Under the pieces are notes generated by a model. That model worked only from the letters and a program-made list of their open reading frames with translations, made no database searches and was not told the origin of the DNA. This document shows, in pieces, positions 18,201 to 29,389 of a DNA stretch of 64,000 nucleotides; position 1 is the first letter of the stretch; each line of letters starts with the position of its first letter. The DNA is taken from NCBI RefSeq assembly GCF_000143415.4, contig NW_003314276.1, positions 769,630 to 833,629 of the forward strand, in the 5' to 3' direction. A program made the position numbers and the translations under genes. The DNA is from Selaginella moellendorffii (Eukaryota > Plantae > Lycopodiophyta).

Positions 18201-18800
18201 AGAGTTTTGTCTTCCATCAGGCAGCAGCAGCAGCAGCAGCAGCGAGAATCTTGAAAGAGTTCCAATCAGACCGGGGAGGAAACGTTCACACAAAAGTTTT
18301 GCGTCCATCCTGGCCGAGGTAAAATGCTCTACAGAGATTTTTTGTAAGCCTTGGAACCATGTATCGAAAATTTTCCAGGTAGAGAAGAGAAGGAACTTGC
18401 GGTCATGTTGTCTAAAACAAGAAAAGAAAAATAACTACGTTATATTGTTCTATGTACAAATTTGTTCTTTTTGTTTGGTTCCAAACTGCTCAAATGTTTG
18501 ATAAGAAATTCTGTTGTGATGATAAGAACGTTTGATCAAGAGGATGTTTTTATAGTGATGATAAGAATGTTTTATCAAGAGAATATAGGCTAATAATCCC
18601 CTCGAGCTCGCTCCCTTGAAGCGCTCGTCAAAGACTCTTTGTACAATCGCAAGTAATATACGTATCTTGCAATCTTACACCAACCAATATCAACCGTCAC
18701 GATTACTGCCACGTCTGTGCCAAGACTCGGCCTCGCTATGTGTGATCTTTAAAGGCCGAAGCAAAAGTTTTCCTGGAATGTGCCACCGCAGCACCGCGCA

Positions 18801-20459
18801 ATGGACAGCAAACCCAGAGGCTTTGGCACCCGAGTGATTCCGCTTGGAGAGATCGAGGTCCTCGAGGCCGAGCACCTGGAGAAGATCTGGGAGACGAGCG
18901 ATGGAAGAGCTCTCTTTTACAAGCCTGTCCAGGTACCAGATGGGTTTCATGCGCTTGGCTGTCATGCAAGACGAACAGAGGTACCTGATAGCTTGCTGCT
19001 GTTAGTGCGAGGCAGCGGCGTCACCGCCGGTGCCTCCAAACCAGCTCCTCTCGCTCCACCCGTCGACTACTCACTCGTCTGGAAGAGCCCAGTTAGAAGC
19101 GAGAATGAGACGGCCATGGCTTTCTGGTTACCTCTGCCTCCCGCTGGTTACAAGGCACTCGGCTTCGTCGCCAGCGTCGCCAAGCCTGGTGTGGACGAGG
19201 TTGCCTGCGTTCGAGAGGATCTCACCAGCGATGCCACTATCTCCAACTCCATCTGGGCCTCTTCGTCCTCTTCCGTGTCCAGTTCTTCCTCTTCTGTTTT
19301 CACCGGATTGTTCCAGTCCCTGTGGAGTAGACTTCTAATGAGCAGTAGGAGCGTCGCCGACAACAACACCGTGGAAAGCTTCTACGTCTGGCAAACACGG
19401 CCGCGTGAGGTGGGAGTCACGGCCAAGGGGCTGAGTACCGGCACCTTCTACTGTTCCTCGTTCTCTTCATCCCCTCTGCCTTCCATAGCCACGCTCCAAA
19501 ACGTGAGCTTCGATCTGCCTTCCTCCATGCCTAGCTTGCAGCAGCTCGATGCTCTCGTCAAGCGCTACGCCCCGATAATGTTCCTGCATCCGGACGAAGA
19601 CTTCTTCCCTTGCTCCGTCGAGTGGTTCTTCCAAAACGGAGCTCTGCTCTACAGCAAACAGAACCCGTCCGCTCCGGTACAAATCACTGCGAACGGTGCG
19701 AATCTGCCGGGTGGCGAGACCAACGACGGGAGCTACTGGCTCGACTTGCCACGCGATGCTGCAGCTGCCGAAAAAGTGAGAAGAGGAAATCTAGAGAACG
19801 CAATCACGTACCTGCACGTCAAGCCTGTATTTGGCGGAACGTTCACCGACATGCAGTTCTGGTTCTACTATCCTTTCAACGGCCCGGCAACTCTCAAAGT
19901 CGGGCTCATCAGCGTCAAGCTCGGGAAAATCGGGGAGCACGTCTCTGACTGGGAGCACCTGACCCTTCGCGTGGACAACTTCACCGGGAATTTGTCCAGC
20001 GTCTATCTCGGACACCACAGCTCCGGCACCTGGTATCAGCCTTCCGACTTGGAGTTTGATAGCACCACCACCTATAGGCCGTTTGTGTACGCGTCCAAGC
20101 ACGGCCATGCCCTTTATGCTCATCCGGGAGACAACCTCCAAGGCGACGAAGAACGCGGGCTCGGGATACGCAACGATACAAAGCGGAGCAGCTTCACCTG
20201 GGACGTTAGTAAACACCAGCTGATATCTGCAGCTTACTTGGGTGTAGAGGAGCCACCTTGGCTCCAGTTCATGCGTGAATGGGGCCCCAAGATCCAGTAT
20301 AACTCCAGGACCGAGCTGGAAAAGGTGTTCAAATTCCTTCCCAAAAAGATAAGGAGGTCCATCGAAGATATCTTTAACAGGTTTCCGAACGAACTGTCTG
20401 GCGAAGAAGGTCCCACTGGACCGAAGCAAAAAAACTTCTGGACGGGAGACGAAAGATGA
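18801..20459 (+). CDS. Vps62-related (DUF946) protein
   Basis: Long uninterrupted ORF with WLPLPPAGYKALG, YAPIMFLHPDEDFFPCSVEWFF, FYYPFNGP, GEHVSDWEH, YASKHGHA and EEGPTGPK. Confidence 0.88.
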   Translation: MDSKPRGFGTRVIPLGEIEVLEAEHLEKIWETSDGRALFYKPVQVPDGFHALGCHARRTEVPDSLLLLVRGSGVTAGASKPAPLAPPVDYSLVWKSPVRSENETAMAFWLPLPPAGYKALGFVASVAKPGVDEVACVREDLTSDATISNSIWASSSSSVSSSSSSVFTGLFQSLWSRLLMSSRSVADNNTVESFYVWQTRPREVGVTAKGLSTGTFYCSSFSSSPLPSIATLQNVSFDLPSSMPSLQQLDALVKRYAPIMFLHPDEDFFPCSVEWFFQNGALLYSKQNPSAPVQITANGANLPGGETNDGSYWLDLPRDAAAAEKVRRGNLENAITYLHVKPVFGGTFTDMQFWFYYPFNGPATLKVGLISVKLGKIGEHVSDWEHLTLRVDNFTGNLSSVYLGHHSSGTWYQPSDLEFDSTTTYRPFVYASKHGHALYAHPGDNLQGDEERGLGIRNDTKRSSFTWDVSKHQLISAAYLGVEEPPWLQFMREWGPKIQYNSRTELEKVFKFLPKKIRRSIEDIFNRFPNELSGEEGPTGPKQKNFWTGDER

Positions 20460-20578
20460 ATGAGGCAACCTGTTGTTGCAAGCAAAGAAAAATTACATAC
20501 GGGCGAAGTTCTGGTTGCGTAGGAACACTAACCTGATCGACGCCAAGCTGTGTGGCCTGTAATCTGGTACAAGTTTGT

Positions 20579-23134
20579 TCATTTCTCTTCCTCGTCCGAA
20601 ACAGTTGTGTCAAAAACTGGTTCCGGCTGAGTTTGTGCGTATGCAGGAGCAATAAACTTGGGATCTTTTGCAGCAAGTTCGGCATACTTCAATATTGCTT
20701 CCCGAGGATCCTCCTCCATCCAGTTCTCCGTCATTGCTCCACCCTCCTGCAGTTCATACGAGTTTTAGAAACAGTGATTTGGCATAAAAGAGATGCTTAC
20801 CTTCAGTAAGTATTGAGTGAGCAAGCTTCCCTTTGTCGCACCCACACGACCACCATGACCAGGACCATTGATGGGTAAGTCCGGTCTCCGGGATTTCAGA
20901 GGATCATTTCGAGCCTTTTCTCGTTGACGCTTGCGGCTTGGTTCGTCTCTGAACATAGGCAGAGCATGCGGATTTCTAACCACTGGTGGAGCTTCAAAGT
21001 CGTCCACGGATTTTTTTCGTGGAGCCCGCCCAACACAAACCAGCGCTCCTCTCTTGCTCAAAACCGGGTCGTACAACACGTGAGTATTGCCTTCTCTTTT
21101 GTCGCCCGTAGTGGCAAATATCTGATGGTTTCATTTCGTTAGCAAGAGGAAATGAACATCTAAATGCCAGAGTCAGTACCTGATTCAATCGCGGATGCCA
21201 AGTACAGCAAACAACACTTCCTGACGAGGATATCCCGGTTTTCCGAACAATCTCAAGTTGCCTTTTGTCAAAGAAGTAAAGCTGTCCACCGGCATTTCCT
21301 CCCTTCTCAACAGAAGTACCAGTTAGAATTAGGTGCTCATCTGGACTGAAGGCCAAATTCGTTTGTGCGTAAAAACAAGGAAGCCCTGAAAACACCTTCA
21401 GAGGTTCTCGAGCTTTCCGGATGTCCCAAACCTGGAGCAAGGTGTCAGCGGAAGAAACATAAAACGAAAAATACGAAAACTAGCTTTTAGAGTAGCGTCG
21501 GTGCTCCTGGAAACCATTGTGTAACCATCAACAGAAAACCGGATCGCAGTTACGTCGTCACCCGCGGCATGGGCCTTACTCAGATAAATATCCGGACGGC
21601 TGCCCCATCCTGGTTTGATAGACCAGATCTAGGAAAAGAAAAAAGGCTTGTCAGACGAGAAAACAAGACATAATCCTTACCTGGATGGATCCATCTGCCA
21701 ATCCCCCCGCGATCGTTTTTCCTTCTAAACCCCATGCGCAAGCCGTAACAGAAACACGACCTGGTCTTGCAAGTTTAGGCTTGATGACCTGCAAAACTGG
21801 GAAGTTAGAAGACAATTAAAGATTGTCTAGAACCACTTACCTGTTTCTGAGATTTCAAGTTGGTCACGTCCCATATTCGTAATGATCCATCTTCCGACGA
21901 TGTTAATATCGTGTTCTTCTCCGACGGATGCCACTCACCACCCGTCAAACCAGAAATATGCCCGCTAGTGTGCTTCAAGTCCCGTATGTACATATCCCCT
22001 TTGATGAATTCGCCTAATGACAGACCGTCTCTGTCAAATATCTGTCCCAGGATGCGTGTAAGTAGCTTCAAAACAGACAAATGAACCACATACAAACTCA
22101 CCTTGGCTCTTGCAGACCCTGTCACAGCAAGAAAACGATCCGCCGAGGGACTCCAGCTAATTGCTCGCATCTGATGTCCTTCAAACGGCTCAATCCGCCT
22201 GAACGACTGCAGACGGGAATCCATGCCTTGGAAATCATACATCCGGATCGAGTAGTCGTAGCTCCCTGTCAAAACTCTGGACCCAGAGGGATCAATGGCC
22301 AAAGCGGCAACAACCTGGAACTCACAAGCATTAGAATGAAGGTCAACAAAAAAAAAAAAAAAAAAAAAAAACGAAACCAATATGAGTTCGAACGAACCTT
22401 TGTGTGTCCCCCGAGAATAATCTCATTGCTTAGAGGAACATGATATTCGTCGTCGTCCTCTTCTTCTTCTTCGTCACTATCACTGCCAGCTCCATCGTTT
22501 GGTCGAGGAGGACCGACCAACGCAGGCTCGGTATCATCTTTCTCATCACTTAGAGCAACCGTAGACGGTCTAGGAGGTCCAATCAATTCTTCTGCTGCTG
22601 CCTCTTCCTCCTCTGGTCTCGGCGGCCCAACCATAGAGCCATCTTCTCGAGTGCTCAAACTTTGCTCGCTTGGACGCTCCAAGTTATGGTTAGCTTCCGC
22701 TACTTTCTTCAAACGCTCGCTAAGATTTTTGTTAAGCTGGGACTCGTCTTCGCTGCTCGATCGCTTTGTGAGCGTGTGGACAGCCTCTACAGATGCTATC
22801 GACTTCTCTTGCCTTCCAAAAGACAAGGGAAAGTGGCCTCTCAGCTGGTCTGCCTCGTAAAACTCCTCCTAGAAGAAAATCGCGTGAACAAGCGCTGCAT
22901 CGGTATTGCCCGGAAATCTAAGAACTTACCATGGTATTCGCAGAAGGAGTAGCAGCAGCACGCCCTATATTGCGAGTTGTGAGAAGAGAAAAATCAGTAG
23001 GTTCTTACCATTGGACCGATGCTGAGCTTTGGCGATGGCGCGCATCTGAGCCTGGAGCGCATCGATTAGCGAGGATTCGCAGGAGAATCGACAGAACTTA
23101 CCATCTCTCGCGCGTCATCTTCGTCGGAGGACAT
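20579..23134 (-). CDS. WDR70: WD repeat protein 70 (GAD-1-like), multi-exon
   Basis: Three short in-frame 5' exons (MSSDEDDAREM/AQMRAIAKAQHRSNG/RAAATPSANTM), then FPLSFGRQ, IGPPRP repeats, YDFQGMD, GDMYIRDLKHTSGH, NPHALPMFR and EDPREAILKYA. Confidence 0.9.
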
Positions 23135-23210
23135 TCTTCCCTTGTCCCACAAAACCCTAAACGAGAAAAGGGAGGAAAATATTTCTAGGGTTCTTGGCCG
23201 ATTTGCGGCC
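23135..23210. promoter_or_regulatory. 76-bp divergent spacer between WDR70 and UCH, with telo-box motifs
   Basis: AAAACCCTAA at 23151-23160 and CTAGGGTT lie between the two ATGs. Confidence 0.55.
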
Positions 23211-24421
23211 ATGTCGTGGTGCACGATTGAATCCGACCCAGGTGAGAATCTCTTGCTACTCAGCTGATGCGATTGAGATCCTTGCCTCGCAGGCGTTTTC
23301 ACGGAGCTCATCCAGCAAATGCAAGTCAAGGGCGTCCAGGTAACCTGTTCGCACTGGATGATCGCGATTTCTATCGAAACCTCTTTTGCAGGTGGAGGAG
23401 CTCTACAGCTTGGATTTGGAAGCGCTCTCGTTGCTCCGGTGAGTGAGAGCTGTTTTAAGCAGGAGAAGAAGAAGAAAATAAAAGGAGTTCTAAGGATGGT
23501 TTTTCCAGGCCTGTCTATGGACTAATCTTTCTCTTCAAATGGAGGCCTGGAGAGAAAGATACTCGGCCCACTGTGAAGGACAACAAATCGATTTTTTTCG
23601 CGAGCCAGGTGAAGTGAAGCTCGATGTTCTACTAGTTCTTTCGCTAACTTGGAAAGTTTCACGCAACACAGGTTATAAACAACGCTTGCGCTACTCAAGC
23701 AATACTTTCGATCCTGATGAACAGAGTGGAGATCGACATTGGTCCCGAGCTTTCGATGATGCGAGAGTTCGCCAAGGATTTCCCTCCGGAGCTCAAGGGC
23801 CTGACCATCAACAACAGCGAGGCCATTCGCACTGCTCACAACAGCTTTGCGAGGCCGGAGCCTTTTGTTCCCGACGAGCAAAAGTTTGCGGACAAAGACG
23901 ACGACGTCTATCACTTCATCAGCTATCTCCCGGTGGACGGTGTTTTGTACGAGCTGGACGGACTCAAGGAAGGGCCGATCAGTCTGGGCGAGTGTGGCAG
24001 TGGAGACGCTGATAGCATGGAGTGGCTCAAGATGGTCCAGCCAGTGATCCAAGAGAGGATCGAGAAGTACTCCAAGAGCGAGATCCGCTTCAACCTCATG
24101 GCCGTGATCAAGAACAGGAAGGATCTCTACAACCAGCAGCTGGCGGAGCTCGACAGGCGGAAAAACGAGATAAGTGGCGACGACGGCATGGACGTCGACT
24201 CCAAGAGCGGCAGCGGCAACGAGGAGCTGGCACAGATCGACGCGGAGATCGCTCGACTGACCGAGAAGATCACTCAAGAGGATGAAAAGTTCAAGAAGTG
24301 GAAGACTGAGAACATCCGGAGGAAGCACAACTACATCCCCTTCCTCTTCAACTTCCTCAAGATCCTGGCAGAGAAGAAGCAGCTCAAGCCGCTGATTGAA
24401 AAGGCCAGGCAGAAGACATAG
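23211..24421 (+). CDS. UCHL5: Ubiquitin C-terminal hydrolase, UCH37/UCHL5 type (peptidase C12)
   Basis: [27 protein letters not shown] (catalytic Cys), YHFISY and YELDGL (His, Asp), C-terminal [12 protein letters not shown]. Confidence 0.95.
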
Positions 24422-24484
24422 ACAAGAAAAGCTCGAAACCTCAGACGACGAACGCTGGTAACAAATTTTTCTCTTTTCTAACTC

Positions 24485-25105
24485 TCAGTAGAAGACGTTT
24501 CCCAGTGCCTCTCCCAGGATCTCGTCGATGCTCCCCTTGACATCGACGTAGTCCTCGTCGTCCAGCAGCGCCACGAGCGACGCATCATCCTCGTCAAAGA
24601 TTTGCTGCTGCTGCTCAAAGAGATTGGGAGGAGCTTCATTGGCAGGAGGAGGAGGAGGAGGGAGCTTCTCGTCGACCGTCGTGTTCTTGCTCTTGCTCGA
24701 GCTCTTGGTCCTCGAGCTCCCGTCGTTATACTTCGGAATCTTGTTCTCGTGGTCGGGCTTCCAGGAGTAGTAGTGGAAAGTCTCGGATTTTCCTTTGGGC
24801 TCGTTCTGGTCGACTTTGACCACCACCTGGGCTCCGCAAAGCACCGCGAGCTCGTAAGCCTTCTTATACAGCCCGCCGTTGCGCTTCCGGAACGTTTGCT
24901 TGCGCGTCGTCTGGTTCTTGATGAACGCGATCTGGATCTTTTGCTTGCCCTGTTTGAGCTTGAATTTCTGCTAAGACGATCGATCGATAGATCAATGGGA
25001 AGAACACATCCAAGAAGAAAGAGGGAACAAGAGAGAGAATAAGAGAGCGATGTTCTCGCTTGGAATTAAACTCACTTTATCAGGTTTGTCGGCTTTGTCG
25101 GCCAT
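24485..25105 (-). CDS. MADS-box transcription factor without K domain (type I-like/divergent)
   Basis: Exon 1 MADKADKPDK, intron GTGAGT...TTAG(CAG), then KFKLKQGKQKIQIAFIKNQTTRKQTFRKRNGGLYKKAYELAVLCGAQVVVKV, followed by a Pro-rich and acidic C-terminus. Confidence 0.88.
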
Positions 25106-25261
25106 TCTTTAAAGTTGTCGGCGCCTCCAAAAGTAAAAAGTTGGGTTTGTCGGCCTTTTTAGGGACAAGATGTTTAGGGCGGGGATTAACCAAATCTGGA
25201 AGAAATTAAGATTAAGCTGTATGGTCGTCCGGGGAATCGAACCTCCGCCCAGTCCCGCGCG

Positions 25262-27307
25262 ATGGGGCGGACCACTAATGCCAGTGGCACTAGCTCCGGC
25301 CGGAGGCGCGGGCGATCCGAGGAGGAAGAAGCTGGCGCTAGCGGCGCTGGCGGCGACTGGGATCATCCGGCGGCGGCGCTCCATCGCCAGCAATCCATGC
25401 TCGTGGATGGTAAGCGCCACAGCTTGTCCGTGCCGATTTGCAAGGATTTCGGGCGGGGACGGTGCTCCAGGCCCGTGCACGACTGTCGCTATGCTCATCC
25501 TCCTCCCACCGTGGCCGTGGAAGGGTATGCTCTCTCTCGAAATCTCTGGGTGTGGCTCTCAAATCCCTAGTTGCGAGGGTTTTCTCTCAGCGATCAGGTG
25601 ACCATTTGCTACGACTCTCTTCGAGACAGATGCGCTCGTGGGATTTCGTGCCGCTACTTCCATCCGCCGCATCACATTCGCGTGTAAGATCACGATCTTT
25701 GTCCTCTCTCTCTCTTGCATTTGAGACGCCTAGCCTACGATCTCCTTGTTCTTCATCAGTGCCACACAAGAAGCCGTCGGCATTGATCCATCGCCGCTGG
25801 GGCTCGAGGTACGTGATGGATTTCTCGAAACATCGTCCATAAGCGCTAACGATTGATTCCTCTTCGAATTCTCCCAGCTGCGAGCATCCAATTTGCTGCT
25901 TGGCCCTTCCCCGACATCTCTTATCACGATCTCGAGGCCTTCGATCGAGGTACTTCCTTCTTTCCTCCATGGTTTCTTTATATTCCTTTCTCCATGGTTT
26001 CCTCCATCATGGTTTATCGAAACTTTGGCATTTCTTTGTCAGGTTTGTAGGGACTTTGTTCGTGGGCGATGCAAGCGTGAATCGGACGAATGTCGTTTCG
26101 CTCATCACGTCCCAGCAGCCGGAGATGGCGATTATGCTATAGTGTGTGTCCGTCTTTTGGTTCCTCCAGCGATCACTCAAACCCGCTCGTTCTTACAGGT
26201 CTGCCAGGATTTTATGCGCGGAAGATGCGAACGAGAGACTTGCCGCTACTTCCATCCCCTGGATCATCTAAGATCTCGTGTGAAAGATGTAAGTACAGAC
26301 TTCCGTACAGATTATCTTTGTTCATCCGTAGTTTTTTTTGTTCTTTCTTGCTAGATTGGAGGTGCTCCTGCTGCCGTGTCAAATCCTCCTCGATACGATT
26401 TACCAGGTGTCTACTGTTCTTATCCAGGATACGAGAACCAGGTAAAGTCGTACTCTACGTGATTAGCTTTTGCAAACTCTTACTGTCAGGCGAAGCGAAT
26501 GAGGCTGGATGAAGCGCTTCTCGACCGGCACCACAAGAGCTCAAACCTTGTAAGAAGACTGTTCTTAATTGTTTTCGGGAAGTTTTTCACGAATTTTTTC
26601 CAGCTTATGGAAGCCGCTGGCCAATCTCTCCCTGTGTTTAGGCCGTGCTCACCTCCACGGAATGGTACAATGACCGAGCTCCTTCTTGCCATCACCCGTG
26701 AGTGAGAATGTTTTACAGATCAAGACAGGCTCCCGGCGTGCCGAGATTTCTTGCGTAACAAATGTGCCAGAAGCTCGTCCTGTCGATTCGTCCACCCAGC
26801 TCCCTACACGCAGGTACTCAACTTTGGAGCAAGAGTGCGTACCAGAGTACTGATTTGTGGAACTCGCAGGTGGTCGACGGCTATGTAACTCTGTGCCGTG
26901 ATTCTCTCCGAGGCAAATGTTTAAGGGAAGCATGCCGCTTCCACCATCCGACGCAATCGACTTTCCAGCAACGCGATAACTTCGAGAGTTCCAACACGGA
27001 TAACTTCTATGGGAGCCGAGCGGCAGTAGTAGCAGCTCCGGACTCGTTTGGGGGCCTCTCTCCAAACGAGGACGATGACAATCCAGGCGATCAAGGTACT
27101 CCGGGTCACCACAGGCTACAACAGTCTCCCGCTCCTCCTCTTGATCATCTTACTCCTCCTCCTCCTCCACCTCTTCCTTCACCTCACCTCCTCCAACAGC
27201 TTCTCCATCTTCTAGTCCTGCAATAGAGAGAAGCAATTTGCCAGAGGCAATGTCATGGCATATATATAATCTTTCTCTCGAATCGTGCCACAGTTGGAGA
27301 TGACTAG
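25262..27307 (+). CDS. Muscleblind-type tandem CCCH zinc-finger protein with six fingers; ends at 27226 (unspliced) or 27307 (spliced)
   Basis: Three finger pairs: CKDFGRGRC..CRYAHP/CYDSLRDRC..CRYFHP; CRDFVRGRC..CRFAH/CQDFMRGRC..CRYFHP; CRDFLRNKC..CRFVHP/CRDSLRGKC..CRFHHP. Confidence 0.85.
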
Positions 27308-27745
27308 AGCTGCCGGACTGCTCCTGCTCGCTTCCTTTCGGTCAGATGCAAAAAATGCCACTGACTCTACCGCGCTGCGCTAGGTACCCTCCTCCTTTTT
27401 GTAGCTACTAGAACCTCTTCAATTCTAAGATATTCCAGCAGATACTGTAAGTTTGCAAGGTCATCTCTTTACGAAGCTCAACCTCACGCAAGCAGAGACG
27501 ATGTTGTTGTATATGCGGCGAGCCAGGAGCTTGGCCATGAAAGATGTTTCACTCTGTTCTTGAGAAGGTCGAGTCCTCCATCCGAATTGCCGTGTCTATA
27601 GCATGAGCACAACAATTATAGTCCCCGCTCCAAAATAGGTGCCTTGAAACAACTTGATAAACAGACTAGAAAATACCTGCATTGATCTAGGGACCCCTTA
27701 TTTTTGCTTCTTGTCCTTAAAAGAACAATATTGGCTATTTGTGTC

Positions 27746-28498
27746 ATGGATTCTTCTACATCCAAGGATTCCGAGGGCAAGGAAAACATTTATGTATTGC
27801 TGCTAATAGGGCTGTTGCTTGTAGTGTTTCTCCCACTAACTATCCTGGCTTTTGTGGCGGATACCAATCGTCACGAACCATGGTGCGACTTCAAGGACAT
27901 CAAGGTTTTACACGTGGAGCTCCCATCAAACTCAACTCCGAGGTTTGTCTCGGATGTAGAGCTCCAGTTTACCTGCTCGAATCTCAAGCATCGCAAGCAC
28001 GAAGGTCTGCTGGACGTGGAGTTTGATGCAATGGACGTAAGTTTGAGCTACCGTGGTGTCGAGCTCGCCAAGTTTTCATTCCCCATGTTTGTGCTTCCGA
28101 AGAGCAGGAGTGTTTCTGTGACACGGAGGCTTTTGGTGAACGAGACGAGCCTTCCCGTGGTTAAGTTGGAGCTGTTTGAAGCGGATGTCGCATCGGGCAA
28201 AGTCCCACTCTCGGCAGCTATTCATGCTAGTGCTCAGTGGGTTCACAGATTCGGCCGGGGTAGCGTGGATTACTTGCAGGCTGATCTTACCTGTGACTTG
28301 GGCATGCTTCTTCCACAGAAGGGTGGAACCAAAGCGCAAGATATTGTGTTTGATGGTCAGCAGCTGTGCCCTGTTTACTTGTCCTGTCCCTATTGTGGTT
28401 TCAAAGAGAGGGATGGTGTAGTTCAGGCCCCAGGCCAGGAAGGTGGAAGCGCCAAAAGCCTTGAGGGCATCGGTATGGAAGCCTTTGCCAGTCGATGA
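27746..28498 (+). CDS. LEA_2/NDR1-HIN1-like single-pass membrane protein, copy A
   Basis: N-terminal TM, then the beta-rich pattern LQFTCSN...VEFDAMDVSLSYRGVELA...LTCDL; intronless. Confidence 0.7.
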   Translation: MDSSTSKDSEGKENIYVLLLIGLLLVVFLPLTILAFVADTNRHEPWCDFKDIKVLHVELPSNSTPRFVSDVELQFTCSNLKHRKHEGLLDVEFDAMDVSLSYRGVELAKFSFPMFVLPKSRSVSVTRRLLVNETSLPVVKLELFEADVASGKVPLSAAIHASAQWVHRFGRGSVDYLQADLTCDLGMLLPQKGGTKAQDIVFDGQQLCPVYLSCPYCGFKERDGVVQAPGQEGGSAKSLEGIGMEAFASR

Positions 28499-29103
28499 GA
28501 TCGCCAAGCTACACACTAAGTTTTATTATTCATATACAATCTAGTTAGATTTTTATAATTTCTATCAAACTAATATATAACGACAGAAAATTCTTGATGC
28601 TAGTAAAAACTACATGGCATATGTGCACGATCTACCATATCAACTTGGCATTGATCCATCAACTGACCACCTTGTGTGGATTTAATCGCCACAATCGTTG
28701 TGGTTTGGTAGATCTCCTTGGTTGCTCGTGACGCTGAATCCAAGAGGAGACAGTCTTGATTTTCTTTTTGGTAACAGTTTGACTGACTTCTTCAGCATAT
28801 CTTCTTTAAAGACACACAAAAAATATGACTTACCAACGACAAGGAAAATCAAGCATACCTCATTCCACAATACCATTTGAGTTTTGCCTTGCAAAGCAGA
28901 CCATGTTCAGAAACTCCGTAATCTCCATATTAAATCCCTCAAGTCTCACCTTGAGTAATCAACAGAGCATAAAAGCAATCCTGTGTCAGCTGTGTCCAAT
29001 GCATCCTGTCACTTACAAGAAAGGGCTCCACCATCCACAGACTGAAGGAGGAGATGACCCTCCGCAACTTGAGCGTTGCATCCACTGAAGAAATATGTGG
29101 AAG

Positions 29104-29272
29104 CTATCGGCGTTCTTGTCCTGCTTCTTCACAGAGTTTGTGGACTACAGCTTCACGGCCAAGGTCGACGCTGTTTCGTCCAGGAGCATGAAATGGAAGG
29201 AAGTGTTGCAGCAGTTCTGGCCAAAATTTCCACGACAAAGTCGCGGTCACGGCCAAAGTTCCGACTCAACAG
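29104..29272 (+). pseudogene. Isolated exon of an organellar type IA DNA topoisomerase
   Basis: AG|LSAFLSCFFTEFVDYSFTAK..VDAVSSRSMKWKEVLQQFWPKF (frameshift) HDKVAVTAKVPTQQ|GT resembles the TopA DYxFTA..ME..LD.V...W segment. Confidence 0.65.
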
Positions 29273-29389
29273 GTAGACATGCTCGCCAGAGGATGACTCA
29301 AGTATACATGATCAAGAGACATGCCCCTAGTTTACTGCTTGACCCAAGAGTGAAATGAATCACAATGCAAAAACTGCAAGCCTTCATTT

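Noticed and set aside
18516-18586. Two-copy 39-bp tandem repeat, and nearby (CAG)n, poly-T and poly-A tracts
   Set aside because: Ordinary slippage-type repeats with no functional evidence.
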